IMG/VR virus record: IMGVR_UViG_3300047476_002078
Location: 124,001 to 188,000 of that record
DNA length: 64,000 bases
Strand: one strand, 5' to 3'
The notes under the pieces were generated by a model that was not told where the DNA came from, did no database searches, and saw only the letters and a list, made by a program, of their open reading frames with translations. Position 1 is the stretch's first letter. The number at the start of each line of letters is the position of its first letter. This document shows, piece by piece, positions 24,173-32,210 of this stretch. Made by a program: the position numbers and the translations under genes.

Positions 24173-24194
24173 CATTGAAAGCAAGGAGAACGAA

Positions 24195-24512
24195 ATGCAA
24201 AAGTTTGGAAAATTTAAAGTCGATAATACAAGTGTGAACCTTCAGTTAGTTACTAAGGAAGGCATGAAGCAGGTCGAGGTTCATGTAGGTGACAGGATTT
24301 GGTTTAATTGGGGTGGGTATCATTCTGGGGACGCAGGGACGGTTCAAGAGTTTCAATGGAATGAATTTTATGAGCGATACGAAGCCATTGTGAAAATAGA
24401 CGAGGATGGAGCCAACGGTCTGACAAACCATGTGACTGATAGGATTGTTGAATACGGTATCGGAGGATACTTGGAGCGTCTAGGAGGGGAGGGAATTTAT
24501 GCGAAAAAATAA
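24195..24512 (+). CDS. hypothetical protein
   Basis: Motif plus AGGAG RBS upstream. Confidence 0.7.
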   Translation: MQKFGKFKVDNTSVNLQLVTKEGMKQVEVHVGDRIWFNWGGYHSGDAGTVQEFQWNEFYERYEAIVKIDEDGANGLTNHVTDRIVEYGIGGYLERLGGEGIYAKK

Positions 24513-24637
24513 GAAAACAAAAACCGTAAAAGTTTCCGCTATTGATGTAACGAGAGCTATGGGAATTGATGTTCTGTTCTAGTTTTTACAAATGGAAGCC
24601 TGACTCCAAAAAAACTTAAAGGCAAAAAGAAGAAATA

Positions 24638-24653
24638 GTGGAATCGGTATAAC
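24638..24653 (+). promoter_or_regulatory. 16-bp promoter-like element (variant)
   Basis: GTGGAATCGGTATAAC; ATG at 24680. Confidence 0.7.
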
Positions 24654-24679
24654 CAACGTAACCAAACAACGGAGAATAT

Positions 24680-25825
24680 ATGATTGATAGAATTTTTGTT
24701 CACATGGAATCAAAAGGTATGTACAAAGTGGTCGAGGTATCAGAAGACCCATATACAGGTAAACAAACCGTAAAATACGAAAGACTTGGTGACGGTTATT
24801 CAGCACAGTTACCAATGTCAAGTTTCCACCAAAAACTTCGCCCTGCCGAACAGGATGAACTTGAAGCCCTTAATGCTGTACTGCCTAGACTTCAAGCAAT
24901 GGGCAAGGGAGCTTTCGTTGATAAGGTAATGCAAATCTCTACGAACCCAGAACAAATGGAAGAACAACAGGGACAATCGCAAGTCGGTATCCTTGTAACG
25001 CCTACAGAAGAACATGACTTTTCAAGAATCATTGTTCACGACGATGTGAAAAAATCTATCGAAATGGGATTGACCAAAATCACGAAGGGAGAGTTACTGA
25101 CAAATCTCTTCGGAATGAAATCAAATCAAGGTCGCTGTATCATGAACTTTTACGGTGCACCGGGCACAGGTAAAACAATGTCGGCACTTGCACTCGCAAA
25201 ACAACTTAACAAAAAATTGTATCAAGTGGACTACTCACAGATTATTTCAAAATGGGTAGGTGATACAGGTAAGCACATTAAAGCCACCTTCATGGAAGCA
25301 CAAAGATTAGATGCGATTCTGTTCTTCGATGAAGCTGATTCACTACTTTCAAAACGTATCTCAATGAGTGACGATGCCGTATCGAACTCAGTAAACCAAA
25401 ACCGAAACATTCTTATGCAAGAGCTTGATCGGTTCAACGGTATCGTGCTCATGGCAACAAACTTTTTCCAAAACTACGACGAAGCTATCCTTCGCCGTAT
25501 CGCTCAACACGTAAAATTTGAACTTCCAAATCAGGAAATGAGAGTGAAAATTCTTGAGGCTCACTTCCCTGTAATGGATAGAGTGACTGCTGACTTCACA
25601 GTAGTTTCAAAAAACATCCAAGGTTTTTCAGGTGGAGATATTAAAACACTTGTCGAAAACTCAGCACTAAACGCAGTAGTGACCATGGGTGAAGACGCAA
25701 AAATTACAACCGAGACAATGCTTCAAGAAGCACAGAAAATCATGCTCGGAAAACAAACCCACAAAGCAGGAGGCACTTTGAAAAAACCTCTAGGACTGGC
25801 GAGTGGGAACAACATGAGAGAGTAA
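24680..25825 (+). CDS. AAA+ family ATPase
   Basis: Walker A GAPGTGKT, SKWVGDT pore loop, Walker B ILFFDEAD, ATN sensor, AILRRI arginine finger, FSGGDI lid. Confidence 0.92.
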   Translation: MIDRIFVHMESKGMYKVVEVSEDPYTGKQTVKYERLGDGYSAQLPMSSFHQKLRPAEQDELEALNAVLPRLQAMGKGAFVDKVMQISTNPEQMEEQQGQSQVGILVTPTEEHDFSRIIVHDDVKKSIEMGLTKITKGELLTNLFGMKSNQGRCIMNFYGAPGTGKTMSALALAKQLNKKLYQVDYSQIISKWVGDTGKHIKATFMEAQRLDAILFFDEADSLLSKRISMSDDAVSNSVNQNRNILMQELDRFNGIVLMATNFFQNYDEAILRRIAQHVKFELPNQEMRVKILEAHFPVMDRVTADFTVVSKNIQGFSGGDIKTLVENSALNAVVTMGEDAKITTETMLQEAQKIMLGKQTHKAGGTLKKPLGLASGNNMRE

Positions 25826-25827
25826 TT

Positions 25828-26118
25828 ATGAACAGTGGCAAAATACGGTTCTTAATTCAAGTAGGTAAAGATAAACACGAAGAAGAAAATGGAGTGTGTA
25901 CTCTCAGAATCACGGAAGACTACATAGATGTGATTTTAGAAGTTGAATACGATTGGGAGCGGAACTATAAGGTTCGATGTGAGAAACAAACCAAGGGATT
26001 TTACGGAGATGATAAACAAGGCGTTCAAGCTTCCATCAATTTTATCAATCCAAAAACTCTCATGGGATATTGGAGAGAAGACGGTTTACTCATGCCGATC
26101 ATTATAACCTTGGATTAG
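25828..26118 (+). CDS. hypothetical protein
   Basis: 96-aa ORF abutting the ATPase gene. Confidence 0.65.
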   Translation: MNSGKIRFLIQVGKDKHEEENGVCTLRITEDYIDVILEVEYDWERNYKVRCEKQTKGFYGDDKQGVQASINFINPKTLMGYWREDGLLMPIIITLD

Positions 26119-26119
26119 A

Positions 26120-26135
26120 GTGGAAGCGGTATCAA
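26120..26135 (+). promoter_or_regulatory. degenerate 16-bp promoter-like element
   Basis: GTGGAAGCGGTATCAA; ATG at 26158. Confidence 0.5.
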
Positions 26136-26157
26136 GAAGTAAAAGGGAGAAAATTAT

Positions 26158-26889
26158 ATGTGTGGTTTAATTGGATACGTAGGACTAGGTAAAAAAGAAA
26201 ATCTCGCTCGTCGTCTTCTTATCGCAGGACAAAGACGAGGCACTCATGCCACAGGATACATCGAAGTCGCAAATGATGGAGGATTCCTGTTATCTAAAAA
26301 AGCAGTATCAGCGAAAGATTTTACGGAAAAATTTTCCCTGACAAGCAAAGCCGTGACCTTCCTTGGGCATACCCGATACGCTACATGTGGGGACCCAACG
26401 AACCCAAAACAGGCTCATCCATTTAATGCTCAGAGGTACGCTCTTATGCACAACGGTTGGTTATCTCAAACAGATTGGAGAATGTTTGAAAAGAAATTCG
26501 GTATCCGCTCACCAAATGGAGTGGATTCAGAAATGTTTCTTTCCTTCCTCGAAAAATACGGTGAAATTGACATTTTGCGAGATGAAATGTTACCATTAGT
26601 GAGTGAGTCGTCTCGATATATGTTAATCATTTACGATAAACAATTGAAAAGATTGCATTTTATGAAGGACAATCAACAAGACTTCTGTTTCACCAAGCTC
26701 GACCAAGGCGGATTCATTTACGCCTCCACCGAAGCTATCTTATTAAACGCTAGTGAAAAATACTTAGACATAAATCCACAGATTTTACGGTTTAATCCGT
26801 TCACTCATTGGGAAATCAATCCGTACAATGGAGAAATTCTTTCACGTAATTCAATCGTCAATCAAAAAAAGTTGATATTAGCTGTCTGA
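26158..26889 (+). CDS. class II glutamine amidotransferase (Ntn hydrolase) domain protein
   Basis: N-terminal MCGL, RGTHATG, GHTRYAT, QAHPF, HNG and DSE motifs. Confidence 0.9.
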   Translation: MCGLIGYVGLGKKENLARRLLIAGQRRGTHATGYIEVANDGGFLLSKKAVSAKDFTEKFSLTSKAVTFLGHTRYATCGDPTNPKQAHPFNAQRYALMHNGWLSQTDWRMFEKKFGIRSPNGVDSEMFLSFLEKYGEIDILRDEMLPLVSESSRYMLIIYDKQLKRLHFMKDNQQDFCFTKLDQGGFIYASTEAILLNASEKYLDINPQILRFNPFTHWEINPYNGEILSRNSIVNQKKLILAV

Positions 26890-26958
26890 TAAAGTATATC
26901 GTGTTTAGTTTCTTACCAGAACGGTAGAGAAAGACTAGAAAAAACAGGAGTAGATTTT

Positions 26959-27417
26959 ATGAGCAAGAAATTAGAACAAGCTCAATTATTAAAAAAAGTG
27001 GACGAAGCATTAGAGACTTTAAGACAAGCATTAGCTTCTACGGTAGCCGTTGAAGCTGTTAAAAAATCAAAGACTCGTACTATCTCGGCAATTAAAACAC
27101 GAAAAAATAAAGCTGAAAGATATGCTAAAGGTCAGCATAAACACGCAAAACGTGGACTACATGTAAGACTTACGCACAATTCGATAGCCGCCAATTGGAT
27201 TATTAAAGCACTCTTAAAACACGGTGCGTTATCTCGCTCAGAACTCCTCACAAAAATGAAGCGTTCAAAACTTGCGAGAACAAAAATGGGAAGCATCAAT
27301 TGGTGTCTTGACCAAATGCAGAACGATATGTTAATCACTAAAGAGCAACGTCACGGTGGAAGATATTCCGTGATCGAACAAAATCTAAAAGCTTTAAAAG
27401 CAGATAGAGCATCTTAA
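26959..27417 (+). CDS. basic hypothetical protein, possible winged-helix DNA-binding C-terminus
   Basis: ALLKHGALSRSELL...LDQMQNDMLI...YS pattern. Confidence 0.6.
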   Translation: MSKKLEQAQLLKKVDEALETLRQALASTVAVEAVKKSKTRTISAIKTRKNKAERYAKGQHKHAKRGLHVRLTHNSIAANWIIKALLKHGALSRSELLTKMKRSKLARTKMGSINWCLDQMQNDMLITKEQRHGGRYSVIEQNLKALKADRAS

Positions 27418-27512
27418 TACATTTTGTCTTGGTCGGCGGTGTATTAAGAGCCACTTTCAAACGAAGTTCACTTAATACGTTCTACTGGTAACGCACGTAT
27501 TTTTTGAAGTCA

Positions 27513-27546
27513 GAAAAGGCACTCAAAGTAGTGCCTTTTCTTTTTT
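27513..27546. terminator. bidirectional intrinsic terminator
   Basis: GAAAAGGCACT-caaagt-AGTGCCTTTTC plus T-run, between convergent genes. Confidence 0.8.
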
Positions 27547-27754
27547 AAAACTCATCCTTATTTTTCATCATTTTTTCATAGTCCTCTTTTTTCATACCGC
27601 ACTTTCGGCAGTCAAAAACAGTCGAGAACACTAACAGAATCGGTTTCCACGAGTGGTCGCAATAAATACGATCATATTCCGATTCTAGCTTCGGAAGGGG
27701 AGGCGGAACTTCGCCTTCAAACTCAAAATCATATTCATCGTCAAAATCAAACAT
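27545..27754 (-). CDS. small zinc-ribbon hypothetical protein
   Basis: CDHSW...CRKCG; GGTATG start context. Confidence 0.6.
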   Translation of the reverse strand: MFDFDDEYDFEFEGEVPPPLPKLESEYDRIYCDHSWKPILLVFSTVFDCRKCGMKKEDYEKMMKNKDEF

Positions 27755-27819
27755 ACCTTCATTATAGGAGTCGGAGAGTAAAATCTGTTACTCGGAGTTA
27801 CAGGTATTTAGTGCCCGGA

Positions 27820-27835
27820 GTGGAATCGGTATAGC
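27820..27835 (+). promoter_or_regulatory. 16-bp promoter-like element
   Basis: Exact copy; ATG at 27857. Confidence 0.8.
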
Positions 27836-27856
27836 ACCCGAAACAAGGAGAACGAT

Positions 27857-28387
27857 ATGAGTTACCGATTCCCAAAAATGACCGTGGAACTTATCGAAGA
27901 ACTTCCACAAGAGCACAGAAAAGAACTTCTAAAAGTTCTCATCAAAACATTCAATCTAGCTAACGAGAAACTAGGCTTTAAAGTGACTCCAGAAGCCTTC
28001 TATGTAAACGAGCCTGAAGTCATGCCACAGGTACGAGAAATACGCTCTATTGAAGAAGCAGACGCTATCCTGAACGCCCTAGCGAACAACGAACCACAGC
28101 CTGCTCAACAACCAAACCCTGAACCTCAAGTGCAAGTCAGACAAAGACTACAGGTACAGGAATCAAATTATAAACCTTCATGTGACGACTTAGTTCTTCA
28201 AAAATTAAACCGAGGGGCATGTCAATTCACAGAGTTATGGGCACACATCCAAGTGGTAAACCCAAAACTAAAAGAAAAAACTTTAAGAGACACACTATGG
28301 AGACTTCGCATGGACGGTAAGTTGTCGAAAGGACAAGGCAAAAGACCGTACTACCGCCTAACAACACAATACGACCAAACCGCCTAA
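27857..28387 (+). CDS. hypothetical protein with C-terminal winged-helix-like domain
   Basis: LVLQKLNRG...FTELW...TLRDTLWRLRMDGKL...YYRL. Confidence 0.6.
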   Translation: MSYRFPKMTVELIEELPQEHRKELLKVLIKTFNLANEKLGFKVTPEAFYVNEPEVMPQVREIRSIEEADAILNALANNEPQPAQQPNPEPQVQVRQRLQVQESNYKPSCDDLVLQKLNRGACQFTELWAHIQVVNPKLKEKTLRDTLWRLRMDGKLSKGQGKRPYYRLTTQYDQTA

Positions 28388-28389
28388 GA

Positions 28390-28405
28390 GTGGAATCGGT
28401 ATAGC
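28390..28405 (+). promoter_or_regulatory. 16-bp promoter-like element
   Basis: Exact copy; ATG at 28431. Confidence 0.8.
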
Positions 28406-28430
28406 AATTGAACCTAACAACGGAGGAAAA

Positions 28431-28715
28431 ATGAAAAGCTTCTCACTAAATGTAAAAGGTCAGGAATACGAAGTAAAAGCAGATAACTCAAAATATGGTG
28501 AAGAACTCAGATTGTACGTGGCAAAGCCCGGACAGATGAAACCATACACTGTTACTTATAACCCAAATGCCTATCACGATTCATCACTTCCGCATTGGTC
28601 ATGCTCATGCACAGGATGGATTATGAAAAAAGGTGCAGTCAGAAAATGTAAACACCTTGAGGCAATCGCAGACAAAGCAAGACAAATGGAAAAAGACTAC
28701 GCACAAGCCGCCTAA
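28431..28715 (+). CDS. SWIM zinc-finger protein
   Basis: WSCSC-x(11)-CKHL (CxC...CxH). Confidence 0.8.
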   Translation: MKSFSLNVKGQEYEVKADNSKYGEELRLYVAKPGQMKPYTVTYNPNAYHDSSLPHWSCSCTGWIMKKGAVRKCKHLEAIADKARQMEKDYAQAA

Positions 28716-28721
28716 TAAGGA

Positions 28722-28737
28722 GTGGAATCGGTATAGC
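28722..28737 (+). promoter_or_regulatory. 16-bp promoter-like element
   Basis: Exact copy; ATG at 28761. Confidence 0.8.
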
Positions 28738-28760
28738 AACCGAAACCAAGGGGAAGAGAT

Positions 28761-29081
28761 ATGGACTTATCATCATTAGCAAGAAACGCAATTATGAGAG
28801 AGCTAGAAAATGCTCAACCACAACAACAAATGCAGAGCACTCCAAAACGTCGAGGAAGACCGAAAAAAGTGACTCCTGAAAGACGCTTGGAAGTGGTGGA
28901 CGGAATTGAATCTTCTGAAGTCGCTATGTTTGAAGACTGTTTCAAACTCAATGACCTGAAGAAACAAAAAAAGCTAATGGAAAATGCCCTACGGTTAGCG
29001 GAACAAAAAATAAAAGAACTCGAAAAGAAAATTAAAGCTCAAAGAGAGTCAGAGTCTATTCCATTTGACTCCCACTTCTAA
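28761..29081 (+). CDS. hypothetical protein with AT-hook-like motif and coiled coil
   Basis: KRRGRPKK. Confidence 0.65.
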   Translation: MDLSSLARNAIMRELENAQPQQQMQSTPKRRGRPKKVTPERRLEVVDGIESSEVAMFEDCFKLNDLKKQKKLMENALRLAEQKIKELEKKIKAQRESESIPFDSHF

Positions 29082-29084
29082 ACA

Positions 29085-29100
29085 GTGGAATCGGTATAGC
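29085..29100 (+). promoter_or_regulatory. 16-bp promoter-like element
   Basis: Exact copy; likely ATG at 29121 (GGAGG RBS). Confidence 0.8.
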
Positions 29101-29120
29101 GAGTGAAACAGGAGGACGGT

Positions 29121-29450
29121 ATGGGAAAATTAAAAGAATTTTACTTGGAACTTGAAGAACAAATGTTTCACAACGGTGAAACCATGGAAGACGAAGAAAT
29201 GGTGGAATACGCCACAGTCATCATGACCGACTATGCACTCGCTATGCAAAAACCTCTCTCACGGCACTTAACAGAAGCCGAACTTCTTAAAGCCGTGCGA
29301 GTAGCGAAAGATGAAACCGAAATGGACGATAACCTATACGAAAAACTTTTTAACTACTATGTGGGAACAGGTGAACTCCCATGCACAGCCGCAGGGGAAG
29401 ACCTATACGCTTGGATAACCGAACAACTAACAAACGAACTCATTGGATAA
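29121..29450 (+). CDS. acidic hypothetical protein
   Basis: Start re-assigned from GTG 29103 using RBS position. Confidence 0.65.
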   Translation: MGKLKEFYLELEEQMFHNGETMEDEEMVEYATVIMTDYALAMQKPLSRHLTEAELLKAVRVAKDETEMDDNLYEKLFNYYVGTGELPCTAAGEDLYAWITEQLTNELIG

Positions 29451-29465
29451 AACAGGAGACAAAAC

Positions 29466-29825
29466 ATGAAAACACTAATCTTGATCTTTACACTCGGAAC
29501 CCTAGTATCATGCTCTAGCACAACGAAAGTAAAAACTTTCAAGGAAGCTATCGCAGAAAATGATACACTCGAAAGTGGAATCTATAACCGCCCGAACGGA
29601 GAAAATGTACAAGTACACGTACAATCTCTCAAGGCACGTATCGAAGAACTTGAGAAAGAAAAACTAGACGCTATCAAGGAAGCGAACTACTACAAGCGAA
29701 CAAACGAAGAACTCAAGTATGAGAACATGACTCTAAGAGTACGCTCAAACATGGAACTCGAAAAACAACCGAAAGTGACAGGATTCGACAAGGAAGCAAA
29801 CCCTATCACAGAAAAAGCGGAGTAA
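29466..29825 (+). CDS. putative lipoprotein with coiled coil
   Basis: MKTLILIFTLGTLVSC lipobox. Confidence 0.7.
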   Translation: MKTLILIFTLGTLVSCSSTTKVKTFKEAIAENDTLESGIYNRPNGENVQVHVQSLKARIEELEKEKLDAIKEANYYKRTNEELKYENMTLRVRSNMELEKQPKVTGFDKEANPITEKAE

Positions 29826-29832
29826 AACTACT

Positions 29833-30267
29833 ATGAGAACGAAAGTAGAAACAACCGTAACAATAGATGATATAAGTCTATTCGATATAGAGGAACTCAA
29901 AAAAGTTCTTGCAAAACACGGAATAGATTTTGAAAGAGCAGTAAACATCCAAGAAGACGGAGAAATGGAACTCACTAAGGAACTTGATGGGAAGGAAATC
30001 ATAGTAGAGGGACAAGCGACCGAAGGATTTTCTGGAAGCTATTGGGACCCTCCAGAAGACCCAGAAATGGATATATCGAAAGTTTCAAAGATAACATTCG
30101 CAGATAAGGAAATTGCAATCGACGAAGCCTTCACAGAAAAAACTTGGGAATGGATAACCGAACAGTTATGGGAAAATAAAAGTGACCAATACGAAGCCTA
30201 CTTGGAAGAAAAAGCCGAACACGATAGAGAAATGGCATGGGAGCGAAGACTAGAAAATGATGAGTAA
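29833..30267 (+). CDS. acidic hypothetical protein
   Basis: 144 aa, GSYWDPPEDPE motif. Confidence 0.7.
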   Translation: MRTKVETTVTIDDISLFDIEELKKVLAKHGIDFERAVNIQEDGEMELTKELDGKEIIVEGQATEGFSGSYWDPPEDPEMDISKVSKITFADKEIAIDEAFTEKTWEWITEQLWENKSDQYEAYLEEKAEHDREMAWERRLENDE

Positions 30268-30317
30268 CCGCTCAAAAACAATAACGTAAACGAGCGGATT
30301 TTTTATAGGAGAACTTT

Positions 30318-30386
30318 ATGGCTAAGAAAGCAACAAAGAAAGTAGCAAAGAAAAAAGTAGCAAAGAAAGCGAAAGCAAAGAAGTAA
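30318..30386 (+). CDS. 22-aa Lys/Ala-rich histone-H1-like micropeptide (not in ORF track)
   Basis: MAKKATKKVAKKKVAKKAKAKK*; AGGAGA RBS; followed by a terminator. Confidence 0.7.
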   Translation: MAKKATKKVAKKKVAKKAKAKK

Positions 30387-30400
30387 CATGCTACCGCACT

Positions 30401-30428
30401 AAAGCAGGGGTGAAAAACTCCTGCTTTT
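30401..30428 (+). terminator. intrinsic terminator
   Basis: AAAGCAGGGG-tgaaaaa-CTCCTGCTTT then T. Confidence 0.75.
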
Positions 30429-30456
30429 GTACATTCAGACACTTACACCCTCCAGA

Positions 30457-30472
30457 GTGGAATCGGTATAGC
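30457..30472 (+). promoter_or_regulatory. 16-bp promoter-like element
   Basis: Exact copy; ATG at 30501. Confidence 0.8.
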
Positions 30473-30500
30473 ATCCGAGAGACAAAACGGAGGATTTTTT

Positions 30501-30875
30501 ATGGCGTACATATCAACAGAAGAAATCAAAGAAATGAGAGATGCCCTTAAAAATGAATTTAATGGCAAAAATAACCGTAAACTGAAACTATCTGTAACTA
30601 GACGACACTACTCAACCGTAGTCGTTTCCATCATGGAAGGGGACTTGGAATTCAAAGAAGGTTACATCCAATTAAACCCATACTACCTCAAAGAACATTG
30701 GAAAGATCATCCCGAAGAACTTGCGGTACTTCAAAAAATCTCTGAAATCGTCAACGGAATCAAAAAAGAAGAAAATCGAAACGCAGGCGACCCATACGCA
30801 GACTATAGCGACTATAACTACTACTTCGACCTACACGTAGGAAAATGGGATAAACCTTACAAAAAAGTAGCCTAG
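30501..30875 (+). CDS. conserved-type phage early protein (LPD29-like, tentative)
   Basis: MAYIS...IKEMRDALK...KLSV...HYSTVVVSIMEG...DYFDxHVGKWDKPY pattern recalled from polyvalent-protein-associated domains. Confidence 0.5.
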   Translation: MAYISTEEIKEMRDALKNEFNGKNNRKLKLSVTRRHYSTVVVSIMEGDLEFKEGYIQLNPYYLKEHWKDHPEELAVLQKISEIVNGIKKEENRNAGDPYADYSDYNYYFDLHVGKWDKPYKKVA

Positions 30876-30890
30876 TGGAAGCGGTATAGC
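30875..30890 (+). promoter_or_regulatory. 16-bp promoter-like element (variant)
   Basis: GTGGAAGCGGTATAGC overlapping the upstream TAG. Confidence 0.7.
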
Positions 30891-30906
30891 CGACGAGGAG
30901 AAACCA

Positions 30907-31272
30907 ATGAAAGAACTATTCCAATTCAAAGAGTTTGATTTATCAGGTAAAGGAAATACACTCGAAATCGGCTTAAAACGAGTCCTGTTTCTAATCGCAC
31001 TCTTTGTCATACCAATGCTCTTAGGAATCCTATCAGTCGTGTTTTTAAACCTTCCTATCGTGGGATATGTCGTGGGAGCTTTAATCCTTTGCTACCTACC
31101 GCTTTACTTCAAAAAAGGTAAGCCTACCGTAAAAATAAACGATAACTTCCAAGTAGCCTACACCGCACCGAAAGGCGTAAACAGAGAACTTCTGACTAAA
31201 TCAATTTCAAGTATTATCGTCTTCTGTATCTTGTTCACTTTTGGCTTTTATGCCCTGTACGACCGATTCTAA
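30907..31272 (+). CDS. membrane protein, about 3 TM segments
   Basis: Three long hydrophobic stretches. Confidence 0.75.
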   Translation: MKELFQFKEFDLSGKGNTLEIGLKRVLFLIALFVIPMLLGILSVVFLNLPIVGYVVGALILCYLPLYFKKGKPTVKINDNFQVAYTAPKGVNRELLTKSISSIIVFCILFTFGFYALYDRF

Positions 31273-31274
31273 AA

Positions 31275-31290
31275 GTGGAATCGGTATAGC
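31275..31290 (+). promoter_or_regulatory. 16-bp promoter-like element
   Basis: Exact copy; ATG at 31309. Confidence 0.8.
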
Positions 31291-31308
31291 AAGTGAAAAG
31301 GGGAAAAT

Positions 31309-31707
31309 ATGGAACAGCCAGTATATCAAAGACTTTTAGACCACGTAACCGAACTCGCTTCCACAGGTCTGTTCGGAGTCGTGGCAGTATTTATTAGTTT
31401 TGCAGTTATCGCTCTGATCTTTTATACCGCTATCGGTATGCCTCTATCGTTCTTATATCACCAAATAAAAAATCTCGTAGCCCTTTATTCACACTCCAAA
31501 GAATATGAATTGGAAGTGCATCCGTACACTCACTCAATACTGAATAACACTTGTCCAGAATTAAAAGAACTTGCACGTCTCAAAAAACTTGGTAAAACTT
31601 CTGAAATGAAAGATATTTTAAGAGATATGATAAGCACCGTAAAATCGAAAGAAACTAACAAAGAAGTGAGAACAGAAATTGTAAAATCACTACAATCATT
31701 AGTATGA
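31309..31707 (+). CDS. membrane protein
   Basis: Hydrophobic segment at residues about 18-50. Confidence 0.7.
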   Translation: MEQPVYQRLLDHVTELASTGLFGVVAVFISFAVIALIFYTAIGMPLSFLYHQIKNLVALYSHSKEYELEVHPYTHSILNNTCPELKELARLKKLGKTSEMKDILRDMISTVKSKETNKEVRTEIVKSLQSLV

Positions 31708-31783
31708 GAATGTCACACTTCTTTTTCTTAATCACTGTATTCTTAACCGCACTCTATCTCCTGAAAATGGCAAAAATACCAGT

Positions 31784-32053
31784 CTAAGCGTCTTTTGTTT
31801 CTTCCAAAATTTTGAGCACATCATTCATTATTTTTCGTATTCCCAAATTGCTTCGTTGTAGCCCTTGAGCGTACACTTCCAAACTCATGAGCAATAGACC
31901 TTCCCGAAGACTATCAATTATTTTTTTGCTTGTGTTATATCCGCTATCGTAACCGATTTTGAACATCTCTTTTTCGTTAGCAGTTAATTCAGGATGTTTA
32001 CTAATGTACTCGGTAATTGCTTTTTGCATGGTATTTCTCCTGTTACGTTCCAA
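31784..32053 (-). CDS. hypothetical protein
   Basis: Compact ORF; start may be ATG 32029. Confidence 0.55.
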   Translation of the reverse strand: MERNRRNTMQKAITEYISKHPELTANEKEMFKIGYDSGYNTSKKIIDSLREGLLLMSLEVYAQGLQRSNLGIRKIMNDVLKILEETKDA

Positions 32054-32075
32054 TAGAGGCTAACTCCTGAAACAT

Positions 32076-32210
32076 GATACGGGAACCGATACGGGAACCG
32101 ATACGGGAACCGATACGGGAACCGATACGGGAACCGATACGGGAACTCAGATACGGGAACTCAGATACGGGAACTCAGATACGGGAACTCAGATACGGGA
32201 ACTCAGATAC
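32076..32210. repeat. composite tandem array: 5 x GATACGGGAACC then 5 x GATACGGGAACTCA
   Basis: 12-bp units at 32076-32135, 14-bp units at 32136-32205. Confidence 0.95.

Noticed and set aside
24499-24638. Possible frameshifted small gene (MRKNKK...DVLF* with a second frame ending KKKK* at the next motif)
   Set aside because: Suggestive of an indel, but no homolog comparison is possible, so pseudogene, error and chance cannot be distinguished
27420-27512. Short stems (GTATTAAG/CTTAATAC, TACGT/ACGTA) before the terminator as an ncRNA
   Set aside because: Stems are short and AT-rich; no tRNA or known RNA signature recognised
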